Assembly (NCBI GenBank): GCA_963796275.1
Contig: CAWCKY010000001.1
Span: 1,260,662 to 1,324,661, forward strand
Length of the DNA stretch: 64,000 bases
Reading direction: 5' to 3'
Origin: an uncultured Acidobacteriota bacterium
GTDB lineage: Bacteria; Acidobacteriota; Blastocatellia; RBC074
The translations under genes were made by a program, and so were the position numbers. Below, one piece after another: positions 19,351 through 31,300 of the stretch (the stretch's first letter is position 1; every line of letters starts with the position of its first letter). The notes under the pieces were generated by a model. It searched no databases. It saw only the letters and a list, made by a program, of their open reading frames with translations, and was not told the origin of the DNA.

Positions 19351-21029
19351 TTAACGCCGACGAACGAAGTCGGTGGGTAACGGAGGTGCGCTCGCCGGTG
19401 CCTGCCGATGCTTAGTCGCCTGTTCGAACGCATACGCTAAGGCGATCAAGGTAGGCTCACTGAATGCGCGGCCCGTAAACGTTACTCCAAATGGCGCAGG
19501 GTTCATAACATTCCCTGCTGGCGGAACGAAGCCCCCAGGTACTACGATGCTCGGATAACCTGCCTTAGCGGGCGCGGCTGCGCCAAGGTTCTGCGGAAAG
19601 AGAATGGCGTCAAAGTCGTCATCCGTGCCATTGCAGCCATCAGGCCCGTTGAACACCGCGTCCAGACCGGTTCGGGTGAGAGCCAAGTCCTGGGCACGGT
19701 CGGCCAGGTAGCGCAGCGTATCCGCGCTTTCGGGGCTCGTGTCGAGTTGGTTGGCAGCGAGGAAAATAGCCTGGCCGTATTTCAGCGCGACCTCCGGATG
19801 AGTGTTGTTGAAGGCGATGATGTCAGCCAGCGTCCGAACTGGAGCGGTTGAGCGGATCGCCAGATAATTGTTCAGATCCGCTTCTGCCCATACATGAGCA
19901 CCGTTGAACAGTTGCTGGGAGCGGGGTAAGAGGTGCAGATGCCGAAGGCTGAAATAGCATCTTGGTTGGGGATCTGGTATGGATCTGCAACAAACGCGCC
20001 CTCACGCCGGAGTACCTCGATCGCGTTGAGCATTATTTGTCGCTGCGCATCGGAGAAACCGTTCCAATAGGGTACGCGCGGGACGGCGATCCGGGCGCCG
20101 CGGAGGGCATGCTTTTTGAGAAACTTCGTGTAGTCGCTCCGGCAGTTGCCGGCAACAAGGCAGGGTGCTGTCGCCGCATCGTTCGGATCATAGCCCGAGA
20201 TTACGCTCAGCAGGACGGCTGCGTCCGCCACCGTGCGTGCAAGCGGCCCGGCGGTATCTTGATCAGCGGTGATCGGAAGAATCCCATTTCGACTCACCAA
20301 TCCAAGAGTCGGTTTAATGCCAACCAGCCCATTGGACGTGCCTGGACTGAGGATAGAGCCCGACGTTTCTGTGCCAACAGCGACCGCCACCAGGTTAGCA
20401 GATACAGCGATGCCCGAACCTGAGCTTGAACCACCGGTCATTAAGACTGGACGCCCGTCACCGCCGGGCAGCGGTCGTGGATCGTAAGGATTGAAGCCGT
20501 AGCCGCCGAGCGAGCTGTATCCTGCCGGCATTCCGATAGCTATGAAGTTCGCGAACTCAGTCAATGTCGCTTTGCCAAGGATGATTGCCCCGGCATCTTC
20601 CAGCTGCTGTGTGATGAACGCGTCGTTGTGTGGCGCGGAGCCCGCGAGCGCGACCGAACCTGCCGTCGTCGGCATCCCCGCCGTGTCGATGTTGTCTTTC
20701 AGCAGTACCGGAATCCCGAATAGCGGTCCGTGCGCGCGACCGCACGCACGGTCGCGGTCGCGATCGCGCGCTTCGTCGAGAGCATTCTCATTGATGTGAA
20801 TGAACGAGTTCAGCATCGGTCCCGCCTGGTCGTATGCGGCGATGCGATTAAGGTACATCTGCACCAGCTGTTCTGAGGTGATAAGACGAGTACGCAACGC
20901 CAATTGGAGTTCCTGGACTGTGGCTTCAACGAGCTGTAGTTGCCGCCACCTTCCAAATGACGGCTGGGAGGAGACAGGGGGCGGGGTAATGGCTATAAGG
21001 ACCACGAGAATAAGCGCAAAACGTTTCAT
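19351..21029 (-). CDS. Secreted amidase-signature family protein (frameshift near 19880)
   Basis: KDNIDT, GGSSSGS, GTETSGS; continues as DLNNYL...RTLADIIAFN...AGYPSIVVP...YAFEQAT. Confidence 0.92.
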
Positions 21030-21484
21030 GGGAGCCTCCTTTGAAAAGCGAAAATGCCTTGACTTTCGATCAGACTCCAGACTAATTGCTCCTTTAGGGC
21101 GACCATCATAGCCAACGGCGACTTCGCTTCATTGCAAGATTTTGGTGGATGCTGTTTGGGCGAGAGGAAAGTTATAGCTGATTTGTTTCAACTGTCAATA
21201 AGACACTGTGAATTCATTGCACATCAGCTAGGTAATAATGATATGTTCCATATATGTCCCAATTGAAGAAGAGCAGATTGTGCGCAAGACTACACCAGGG
21301 CGGAAGAAATCCGCGAAGACGTTTTCTAAGAAAGGGGTGAAGTGATGGGTATAGGTATAATTGAGCTACTCTATATTGTTCTCGCGGGGATAATCGGATG
21401 GGTGCTGTGGAAAAGTCTGAGCACCGCAACCGCAACCACAAGGCTGGAAGGTAAGACCAAGTCTGCGAAGAACGGCGGTGCTAA

Positions 21485-22066
21485 ATGACTGAAGAGCAGA
21501 TAAAACAACGGAAAAAAACTTTCGGCTTGGTATTATTCGGGTTCTTAGTCGGGGCCATGTTCGTGTTGGTTCTATATTTCTTGTTCATCATGCCGACGTT
21601 TAAGATGCACGAGCAGATTGTGACGGAGATGAAGGCCAGCCATCAACAGGCAAAGGAGCACCGGGAGAATATCAGCTTGCAGGGCGCAACATGGCTAAAG
21701 CGAGTGATGCAAGAGCAAGGCTATGCCAATGTGAATGCGACTCCGGATGGTGATGTGCTGGTGCTGGTCGATCCGCACCACGCGCCGCCTGAAGCGGCCC
21801 GGCAGATACTATCAAGCGATGAGATGCGAAAGATACTGAGGGGATACGGATTCACGACTCTGCGCGTCAAACAATCGGATGCGAACTCTTATGGGCCGGG
21901 CTTCGATTATGCGATAGAGCCGGTCAAGTCTTCGATGAAAGGCGGGCGTCGAAATGATTGCAGTCTATGGTATAGGTGCTACGGAGATATTTATTCTCCT
22001 CATAATTTTACTGCTTTTTTTGCCTGCGGTGGCGGCAATTGGATTGGTATTGTGGGTGGTGTTTAA
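21485..22066 (+). CDS. Hypothetical membrane-anchored protein (3' end uncertain)
   Basis: N-terminal TM helix; the C-terminus overlaps the next ORF. Confidence 0.55.
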   Translation: MTEEQIKQRKKTFGLVLFGFLVGAMFVLVLYFLFIMPTFKMHEQIVTEMKASHQQAKEHRENISLQGATWLKRVMQEQGYANVNATPDGDVLVLVDPHHAPPEAARQILSSDEMRKILRGYGFTTLRVKQSDANSYGPGFDYAIEPVKSSMKGGRRNDCSLWYRCYGDIYSPHNFTAFFACGGGNWIGIVGGV

Positions 22067-22172
22067 CCGCCGCAACCCCAACCGCATCGACGTAGTCGAA
22101 AGTCGGCTTGACCGGATTGAGCGGCAACTTGCCCGGCAATCCGAGCCAAGCTCACCGAACACGAGGGATTAG
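21954..22172 (+). CDS. Small membrane protein
   Basis: GIGATEIFILLIILLLF TM segment plus coiled tail RLDRIERQL. Confidence 0.6.
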   Translation: MIAVYGIGATEIFILLIILLLFLPAVAAIGLVLWVVFNRRNPNRIDVVESRLDRIERQLARQSEPSSPNTRD

Positions 22173-22539
22173 TTCAGCGAGGCATTGTTATGCTAATAGA
22201 CCTTTTAATACTCCTCGGCGATTTTGCATGTGATGTTTTATGTGGTCTCTTTTCTGGCGGCGGGGCCAAGCCTCGCATTGATGAGATGATTAAACAAGGT
22301 TCGAAGAAAGGGGCGGAATGACCCTCAACGCATACAATGAAGAATGCGAGGTAAAGCTCAATGGCCATGCGCCTGGTTCCGGAGCAATGCCAGGTTTCTT
22401 TATGGCCATTCGATTGAACAGGCTTTATGAACTGGCGACGCGACGGCGGGAAGCGAGGAAGAGATCAAGCCGTAATTGGATACAGTCGTCGCTGCCGATT
22501 AAATCTAGCCCAAGCTATTTTATGGAAAATGGCATCACA

Positions 22540-22775
22540 TATTCTCACTGCTCAAATCTTCTAGAGTAAGACCCAGGCGAGTTTGGGCCGTGGATCTTTG
22601 CCCATTTGGCAAATTCTCTTACCCACTCATCAGGCGTCGCAGTCTTATAGAATGGCCGCTTCTCTGTCGCTTCGATTGGCGCTTCAAATGCAGAGCGTAA
22701 TAGTTCGTCGATGTCATTTCTCGCTCTTCGCTTTTGCTTGTAGCAATGCCGCTGTATAAGTGACTCTATCCACTT
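22540..22775 (-). pseudogene. Possible degenerate antitoxin-like small gene
   Basis: DELLRSAFEAPIEATEKRPFYKTATPDEWVREFAKWAKIH, with a broken frame upstream. Confidence 0.3.
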
Positions 22776-23019
22776 TAGATAATTATTCCTTCTTGGTGCT
22801 CATTATCTACCAGCCAACTGCTTCTCAATAAAAAAGAATTTGTCTGCGCTTGAGAGAATCCCCGGGCGCCCTTGTTCAAATAATCCTTCCCATGCAAATT
22901 TCATTTGACGTGACCAAATAGTCACGTTACTATAATCCCACATATAGGGAGGTAACGATGACAGTTGACGATTTAACTCTAGATATAACACAGAGCATCG
23001 ACATAAAGAGGGAGCTAAA

Positions 23020-23135
23020 GTGCCCGACGACAAACTTGACAACGTTTGGAAAGCTCTGTCCGACAGCACGAGGCGGTCGATTCTCGACCTCTTGCGGCAG
23101 GGCCCCAGAACGACGACCCAGATCGTCGAGGCTTC
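23020..23135 (+). pseudogene. Truncated ArsR-family regulator N-terminus
   Basis: GGAG RBS; VPDDKLDNVWKALSDSTRRSILDLLRQGPRTTTQIVEA stops before the recognition helix. Confidence 0.6.
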
Positions 23136-23162
23136 TCGCACTACAACAAAATGGAGAACATT

Positions 23163-23921
23163 ATGCCGAAAACCAAAACGATGGAAACACCGAAAATAGT
23201 GTCGCGGCAGGAGTGGGAGGCTGCGCACCAGCAACTGCACGTGAAAGAGAAGGAGTTGAGCCGTGCCCGTGACGCGTTAGCCGCCGAGCGTCGGCGGATG
23301 CCGTGGCTGGCCGTGGAAAAGAACTACGAGTTCGACGGGCCTGACGGCAGAGCAAGCCTGATCGAACTGTTCGAGGGCCGACGGCAGTTGATCGTCTACC
23401 GCGCCTTTTTCGAGCCAGGCGTGTCCGGTTGGCCAGAGCATGCCTGCATCGGCTGTTCCATGGTGGCCGACCAGGTTGCGCACCCCGCCCATCTGAACGC
23501 CCGCGATACAGCTCTCGCGTTCGTCTCGCGCGCACCGCAACCTGACATCGAGCGCGTGAAGGCGCGGATGGGCTGGGAGTTAATCCCGTGGTACACACTG
23601 ACGGACGACTTCGACGCTGACTTCGGCGTTAATGAGTGGCACGGCACGAACGCGTTCATCCGAGACGGCGATGGCCTGTTCCGCACCTACTTCATCAACG
23701 GCCGCGGCGACGAGCAGATGGGGAACACCTGGAACTACCTCGACATCACTGCGCTCGGACGTCAAGAAGCGTGGGAGGACTCACCCAAGGGATACCCACA
23801 GACTCCGCCGTACGATTGGTGGATATGGCACGACGACCCCAGCGTGACGGATCCTGATCGACTTGGCCTGGTGCAGCTCCGTGCCGCCCGGGCCGCCGCG
23901 AAGGACGACGAGACTAATTGA
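23163..23921 (+). CDS. DUF899 thioredoxin-like protein
   Basis: PKIVSRQEW, RDALAAERRRMPW, LFEGRRQLIVY, CIGCS, LDITALGRQE. Confidence 0.9.
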   Translation: MPKTKTMETPKIVSRQEWEAAHQQLHVKEKELSRARDALAAERRRMPWLAVEKNYEFDGPDGRASLIELFEGRRQLIVYRAFFEPGVSGWPEHACIGCSMVADQVAHPAHLNARDTALAFVSRAPQPDIERVKARMGWELIPWYTLTDDFDADFGVNEWHGTNAFIRDGDGLFRTYFINGRGDEQMGNTWNYLDITALGRQEAWEDSPKGYPQTPPYDWWIWHDDPSVTDPDRLGLVQLRAARAAAKDDETN

Positions 23922-23929
23922 TCGCTCAC

Positions 23930-24179
23930 GACGCATTGCTTCGGAACGAGCTTCCAGCGATCCTTCTTCGGCGTTGCGGTGCTGCCTTTTGCCGCCAACG
24001 CACCTGTGACGATTGGGTGGTGTATATCCATGTCGGCGATGGGCGAGATGCCAATGCCCATGCCTAGCGGCTGGACGATGTGGATGGCGTGGAAGCGGAT
24101 GCCCGGACAGACGTGGCCCGGCGCCGCAGCGTCGTTCCTCGGCAGTTGGGGCGTGATGATGGCTCAGGGGGCGGCATAA
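23930..24179 (+). pseudogene. DUF2182-type membrane protein N-terminal fragment
   Basis: MSAMGEMPMP.GWTM.MAW.RMPGQTWPGAAASFLG.W.VMM; the usual DUF899 partner, here truncated. Confidence 0.65.
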
Positions 24180-25474
24180 GGCTCGGCCTATGTCTTTGTG
24201 CATAGCGGTGGAGTCTGGACCCAGCAGCAGAACCTGGAGGGCTACCCACTGTCCGTTGCGAGAGATGATCACTTCTTGTGCCGCCAGATAATCTACCAGG
24301 TTGACTATAAACAGCGGATTGCCGTCAGTTCGTTGATAGAGCTGAGGCGTCAAACCCTCCGGGAGGCGATGTTGTGGGAACCGCACCTCTAGGTATTCGC
24401 TCACTGCTGCCTCAGTCAGAAATCCGAGCTGCAATTCTGTACATGGCGATGGATCAGCAGTTCCTGCTTGGTAGCTTTGAGCGGATGTCCACTTAGATTC
24501 ACTTCGACTGGACGCCAGGTTCCAATCAGCAGGAAACGTGCCCGGTCGCTTCGCTGTGCCAGCGCGGTGATGAGACTCAATGTCGAGTCTCGCTCCAATG
24601 TAAGTCTTCCAGGACGAGCACGAGCGGAGTTTCAGCAGTCAGGACTGCAGTCGTTTCGGTCATCTCGCGAAGCATGCGTTCACGCGTCGCGCCGAATATC
24701 TCCTGGTGTAGAGCTGCTCGTTCGACAGCTCATGACGAGCGTTGGCATCTGCGCGAGGCAGGTCGGCGCCAGTTTGGCGAGCAACTCAATCAATTTTTCG
24801 CGCCCGGTTCACAGCACAGCCGGTTGAGCGCTTCAAACACCGGCAAATAAGCCTCACCTGTACCATACTGTTCCAGGCATTGTCCGTACGCGATCGCAAT
24901 GCGCCGCTTGTCAGTAACGCGCTGGAGAAAAACTTTAACCAGGGTCGTCTTACCGATGCCCGGCTCTCCCGTCACAAAGACCACCTGCCGCTTGCCACGC
25001 AGTGCCGTCTCCAACCAGTTTTGCAGCCGAGTCAACTCGGTTTCACGCCCGATCAACTCGCTGCATCTCACTGCACCATCGGCAAGCTCCATCTCATGGT
25101 CCATAAAAGCGTCGCCGGAGCTTTCTATTACGCCAACTTCTTCCCACGACGGACTGACATGAACGATGAAGCGGTAGCCGCGTTTTGGGATCGTCTGAAT
25201 ATATTCCTGTCCTCCATCCATACCGCCCAATGTCTTGCGCAAATCAGAGATGTTCTTGACCAGATTGATCTCCTCGATAAAAACGTCGGGCCAAACCCTC
25301 TGCATCAAATCTTCTTTTTTGAGGGATCTGCCCGCCGCCTTCGACCAGGGCCAGCAAAATCTCGAAAGCCTTAGGCGTGATCGGTAGGTGTTGCTGGTTA
25401 TAGAGCAAGATGCGCTCGCTCGTATCCAGCCGGAAAAGGCCAAAATGGTAGACGAGTTTGGCCGAAGGCTGCAT
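24180..25474 (-). pseudogene. Decayed winged-helix + AAA ATPase (+TPR) regulator
   Basis: VYHFGLFRLD, IQTIPKRGYRF, LIGRETEL, Walker A GEPGIGKT, RTDGNPLF; several frameshifts and internal deletions. Confidence 0.8.
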
Positions 25475-25699
25475 GAGAATTGGGACCTCCCAGTGTTTTC
25501 CCAGGATTTCCCAAGACTTGCAAGATACGCTCGCAATATTCTTCATCCTGCCTTAGGCCACCTGCCGGAGTATCCGGATCAGATGTCATAGCGCCTCATA
25601 AAGGCCGAATGTGGCAAATAGAGAAGGAAAAATCATTCTAAGGCAAAGAGGTTGCAAGGGGCGATCTATGAACACTCGGCCGCAGTATGAGAATGACAA

Positions 25700-25960
25700 A
25701 AAGCGGGGGAGGCAGTTGTTGCCAATCCCCCGGCTTTTCGTCGCTCTCTATGATCAATGGATAAAGTCCAGTCAAACAGGTTTTCAGAGAAAGGATTGGT
25801 CGGTTATGCAGAAATTGCACCAACAGCAGCCGGACGCGGGACACGCCGCTGCCCCGTTGCATATCAGCGAACGTGGGCGCGCCCGCAGCCTACTCGAGAC
25901 GCTCACGAAGCGCGCGCCGACATCCGCCAGGGTGTTGACGCCGGCACACAAGCCGGAACA
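25700..25960 (+). pseudogene. Internal fragment of a CHAT/TPR protein
   Basis: LHQQQPDAGH...LHISERGRARSLLETL motif, which typically precedes the CHAT domain. Confidence 0.55.
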
Positions 25961-26001
25961 TTGAAGGCCACGGTAGGAGGCGTCACGTCGCCCGCATTCG
26001 G

Positions 26002-26535
26002 GTGATTCAGCCGATGCCGTTCGTGGAAGACTTCACCAATGTTCCTCTAGACGCCGCGCCATGCTATTGGCTCAACACGACTGGCAAATATGTGGTGCGG
26101 GAGGTCGATGGCAACAAGGTGCTGGTTAAGAAGGCTGACAACCCGTCTTTAAAACGCACACGCTCGCACTTCGGGCCGGTCGATTGGGCGAATTACACGA
26201 TCGAAGCCGAGATCCGCGCCATTGAGAAGCGCCGCTAAATGGGAGACGCCGGGATCGTCGCCCAGCGATACGAACTGGTGCTCGTCGGCAATAGTCAGAA
26301 GATCGAACTGCGTTCCTGGCAGATCGAGCCGCAACGGAGGCTCGTAAGGAAATTCGCTTGGAAGCCGGATGCCTGGTATCGGCTGAAGCTTGAGGTCGAG
26401 AACTTGTCGGACGGCAAAACGCGTGCCCGGGGCAAAGCCTGGCCGGCGCCAGAGGCAGAACCCGCGGAATGGTTGATCGAATGGACTGACCCAATCGGGA
26501 ATCGAAAAGGGAAGTGCCGGCGTTTTCGCCGATAG
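26002..26535 (+). pseudogene. C-terminal fragment of a secreted beta-rich protein (in-frame stop at 26236-26238)
   Basis: Two collinear ORFs in one frame (..AIEKRR*MGDAGIVAQRY..WYRLKLEVE..GKAWP..EPAEW); no N-terminus. Confidence 0.5.
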
Positions 26536-26619
26536 TACGAATGATATCTATTTCGAAAATATCAGGATCAGGCAGATCAGGTAAGGGTATTGATCCTGAT
26601 CTTAGAAACCGAATAGCAT

Positions 26620-26696
26620 TCACGTCGAACTTCGGACGCATCTTCAGCGCGGATGCTCCCCGGCAGCTCCAGTTTGGTTTAAAGATAGAATTCTGA
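26620..26696 (+). pseudogene. 3' tip of a TonB-dependent receptor gene
   Basis: NFGRIFSADAPRQLQFGLKIEF*, the typical acidobacterial TBDR C-terminus. Confidence 0.6.
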
Positions 26697-27097
26697 GTCC
26701 GAGCTAGGAGAGATTTCTCGCCGTGACGGTCGCAGAAGCCGAGAGAAACTCTTCAGGGGGCGAGTTTCGCTTACGTGCCTTTGGTATCTAACTTTCTACC
26801 TCATAGTTCACTTGTTAGAAATAATAGGTTTCATCGATTACCCATGGGCTACCTTCCTGTCAGTTCTAAAGAACTGCTTTGCGACCGCAAAAATAATTTT
26901 CGAGCGAATGGCAATATAGCGGAGATTTCAAGAACTCCCACTTGCGAGACGAAAACGCTGATAGTTTTGCTCGGACTATTTCTGCATGGTCGCTGTCATC
27001 CGGTTGAGCCGAACGATATCGCGACCGGTTTTTGATTACTCTCAGCGGCAGATGTAGATGCATCTGGACGTGTAGACTTCGATCCAGGGAGGCAAAG

Positions 27098-27613
27098 ATG
27101 AGTGCGGATCAGGCAATGGAAGTTTTTGATCAAAAGCGCCAGACGGAGACTACAGTTCGCCCTGATGATGACGATAAAGTCGATATCAGGGGAAGCCTCG
27201 GCGACTGGAGACGCATCGCGAGCCCTGATTTCATGACACAACTCCCTCCCGGGCAAGTGCAAGAGGTCGAGACCGGCGATGACGTGATCCGCGCAATCGA
27301 AAAGGATCAGCAGGTCGTCGTCCTGGGGAAGCAGGATACTGCGGTTCAGGGACAGATAACGATCAGCTCCCGGGAAGACGCGATTATTGTGTCGGCTGCA
27401 ACACAGATTGTTCTGGTCGTCGGAGATAGCCAAATCGTGATGAAAAATGACGGAACGATCGAAATCGACTGTAAGGATTTTACAGCTAAGGCGACAAATA
27501 GAAATAGGATCATTGGGATCGAACGGGTGGACATCAATCCTCCAGATACAGAGTCGGCTCCGCCCACTCGGCTGCCCACCCGGATGCAGACATCCCGAGC
27601 CTCGGTTCACTAG
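27098..27613 (+). CDS. Stand-alone VgrG/gp5 C-terminal spike-like protein
   Basis: GGAGG RBS; beta-helix-like repeats (GDDVIRAIEKDQQVVVLGKQDTAVQGQ) and IVLVVGDSQIVMKNDGTIEI...VDINP; no gp27-like hub. Confidence 0.7.
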   Translation: MSADQAMEVFDQKRQTETTVRPDDDDKVDIRGSLGDWRRIASPDFMTQLPPGQVQEVETGDDVIRAIEKDQQVVVLGKQDTAVQGQITISSREDAIIVSAATQIVLVVGDSQIVMKNDGTIEIDCKDFTAKATNRNRIIGIERVDINPPDTESAPPTRLPTRMQTSRASVH

Positions 27614-27754
27614 GTGTTCCCTGACAAAATCGCGAAATCGAGATGAGGCAGACGATCGGTCTTTGTTTGAGTAAGTACTTCCTCGTCCGAAGAATGAAAC
27701 GCATCAACTTCACCAGCTAATTGCGCGGAGCGTCGTCAATCGGGGGAAATTAAC

Positions 27755-28177
27755 ATGAAGACATACACAATCGATGAGGCCTGTTTTCAAATACCCGACG
27801 GATGGGGTGACAACTCAGTCAACGTCTTTTCCCCGTCGGGTAAGCTGCCTGGGGATTTCTCTTTCGTTATCTCAAGGGATAGTCTCAAAGACAGCCAGGG
27901 GCTCGACTCCTACGTCGACGGGCAGTTGGGAGAGCTTTCGGCAGTCCTGTCACAGTACCGCTTGATCAGGAAATCCGAGACGACAGTCGATGGACTTCCC
28001 GCCTTCAGCGCCGAATTCACCTGGAATGTTCAAGAGAAGACTATGGCGCAACGCCAGACGTACGTAGCCACGGGACGGCAAGTGCTCGTCATTACTGCGA
28101 CGACGATCGATAAGTTTTCACGAGATTATAACCTGGTCGTAGATCGTATCCTCTCGTCCTTCAGAATGTCGGTTTGA
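27755..28177 (+). CDS. DcrB/DUF1795 (Eag-type) Rhs chaperone
   Basis: YTIDEACFQIPDGWGDNSVNVF, SFVISRD, YVDGQL, QRQTY, ILSSF; sits directly before a prePAAR-Rhs. Confidence 0.85.
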   Translation: MKTYTIDEACFQIPDGWGDNSVNVFSPSGKLPGDFSFVISRDSLKDSQGLDSYVDGQLGELSAVLSQYRLIRKSETTVDGLPAFSAEFTWNVQEKTMAQRQTYVATGRQVLVITATTIDKFSRDYNLVVDRILSSFRMSV

Positions 28178-28307
28178 GATGGAGAATTGACCGGTTTCGG
28201 AGAAGCAGTTTTGATCGTCAATTTCTGTTTCGAGTGAGAGGTACGTGATGTTAAGTCTGGTTGGGCGGACTCTCAACGCGGTAGGTGTTATAGCCGGCAT
28301 TTCGTCG

Positions 28308-31300
28308 ATGGTGGATGCAGAACCGGTACGCGAAGCCGCACGACTTAATGATCCGGTTGAACACTCGGCCGCCCTGGCAGGAGCGTTAATAGGGGCGGCG
28401 ATCGGAGCGGCTGTAGTAGTGGGGGCTGTATTGACCGGCGGGGCTCTTGCAGTAGCCATTGTCGGGGTATTAGGCGCCTGCGGCACGATTTCAACCGGCG
28501 GATTCCTGGGGCAAATGATCGGTTCGTCCCTTACAAGGAAGACGGGAATAATCAAAGCGCCCTGTGCCGACCGAGTCTACATAGAAGATAAGAAGGCCGC
28601 TCGATCAGCAGGAGAGGGAGGCGCCGGCGGGGATAAAGTCGATTGTGCCGGGCAGCCTCTCGGTATGTCTTCGCATCCTCATCGAGTGATTGCCGAAGGC
28701 AGTGCGACCGTATTTATCGAAGGACTGCCCGCCGCGCGGAAAGGTGACAGCATTGGTTGCATGGCCAAGATTGCCGAAGGGAGCTCTAGAGTTTTCATTT
28801 GGGGCGGGACCAAGCGATATGCTCCGGTAGATAGCGAGGTACCATGGTGGCTTGAATGGGGGCTGGCGGCCTTGGGTGTTGTCGGCATAGTCAGGTGGGC
28901 GGCTGTGAAACTGCTATCGAGGTATGCCCCACGCCTCTTGGGACGGATTCGCTCGCCTCAAGGTTGCAGGATAGGACGGGAGCGCGGCCAATGTGGGAGA
29001 GACCCGGTGGAGTTTGCTTCAGGCCGCGTCTTCACCTCCCATGCGGATTTTGAACTGCCGGGCCGGATCGCGATCGAATTCACCCGAAATTATGACAGTT
29101 CGGCAATCGATTACGAAGGACCGCTGGGGCGCGGCTGGACGCATTCTTACGACATCCATCTCTGGGTAGACGATCAGCAGGAGATGGTCATCCTGCGAGA
29201 TGAAGAGGCGGTGCTGTCCGGATTCGACCTGGTCGCCGTGGGAGAGAGGGCTTTCAATCCACTGAATCAGAGATGGTTGGAACGGTCGGACGATAAGGTG
29301 TACGTAGTCTGCGGTCAGGACAGACTGCGATACAAATTCGAATCTGTCGAAGCGCAGAATGCGGCGACGAAGAGCGAGGATGAACCGGATGGCAGGTCGG
29401 AGGCTGCGGCGCTGAAACTGACCGAGATCGAGGATATCAACGGCAACCGGATCGAACTCTCCTATGAACGAGGGCGTCTCATCTCACTCGAAGATAGCGC
29501 CGGAACCCGGCTGAACTTTTCCTACATCACTTTGGAGAAAGGGGCGGAGCGGCTGGCCGCAGTCAGTCTGGCGCTGGATCCGGATGCGGACCGGACGGCG
29601 AGGCTGGTCAATTTCACTTACGACGCGGAAGGCTGCCTCATCAATGCCACCGATCGGGGGTTGGTTCCGCGCCGTTATGCCTACGATGAATATCTGCTGA
29701 GCCGGCATACCAATCGCAACGGGTTGAGCTTTTATTATGCTTATGAAGGTGAAGGCAAAGAGGCGCGGTGCGTGCATACCTGGGGTGACCGGGGCATCTT
29801 CGAAGGATGGTTCGAATACGACCCTGGAAGAGATGATGACGGTGGTCGAAGATTCGCTCGGAAGAAAACGACCTACTACTTCAATGAATTGGATATGCCG
29901 GTCAGGATCGTCGATCCATTGGGCGGGGAGAAGTCTTACACCTACGGTCCGAACGGAGAGTTGCTCTCGGAGACTGATGAGATAGGGCGCCTGACTAAAT
30001 ACGAATACAACGATAAACTCGATTGCGTCTGTATCATCTACCCAGACGGTACGAGGCGCAGATTTGATTACAGCGAGGACTCGTTACCGCAGAAGCTCAT
30101 CGACGAGAGCGGAGCGGAGTTCAGGCGTGTCTACGATCAACGCGGCAACTTGAGCGCCACGATCGACGCCCTCGGAAATCGCTACCGAGTACAGTTACAA
30201 CCGGTTCGGCGACCTGGAGAAGGCCGTCGATCCGCTCGGCGGAGAGACGAAGTTCAAATGGAACGAGCGGGGACAGATACTCGAATTGACTACACCTCTC
30301 GGAGCCACGACCAGGTACGGTTACGACGAACGGGGCAGGTTGATCAGAGTCAGCGATCCGCTCGGGAACGCGACGCGCTATGCTTATGACGCGCTGGATA
30401 GGCTGACGCAGGTGGAGCGCCCGGACGGCACGAGGCATCACTTCGAATACGATCCGGAAGGCAATCTGACAAATTTCCTGGATGCAAACGGAGCGGAGAC
30501 GCGCTTTCGCTATGTGGATAACAACAAACTAGGCGAGCGGATCGACGCGCTGGGGTACAGGCGACGGTTCGTCTACGACACCGAAGCCAATCTGGTCGAG
30601 GTTCGCAACGAGCGAGATGAAGCCTACGGGTTTGGCTACGACGGGTTGGATCGGGTCACGCGCGAGGTCGGATTTGACGGCCTGACCTGGGATTATGATT
30701 ACGACCGGGCGGGCCAGTTGATGGCGCGCACCGATCCGGCAGGACGCATCACGCGCTTCATCCGTGATCTAAATGGACAGGTGCTTGAAAAACAGCGGCC
30801 CGACGGATCAGTGATCAATTTCAACTATGACATTGTTGGCCGGTTGACCGAAGCCGATGCGCCGGGTAGCGAACTGGTCTTTAAGTATAACGCTCTCGGG
30901 CAAGTCATCCAGGAATCGCAGAACGGGCAGGTCATCGAGCACGAATACGACGCGCTCGGACGCCGGATCAAGCGCCGTTCGCCGGCAGGCGGGACGGTCG
31001 AATTCACCTACGACGCCGACAGCCAACATATCCGTCTGGAAACGCCTCGCGGTTCGATGAAGTTCCAGTATGACAAAGCCGGGACAATTAACCAAGCGGC
31101 GATTGCCAGGAGAACTAGAAGAGAGTTTCCATTACGACCAATGTGGGCGGCTGATCGAGCAGTCTATGTATAAGCCGAGCCATACCCTGGTTCATCGCGG
31201 GTACAAATACGATGCCGAGGGCAACCTGATCGAGCTGAGTGATAGCAATAAGGGGAGTGAGCCGTTTTGCTTATGATCCGGTCGAGCGATTGCGCGAAGT

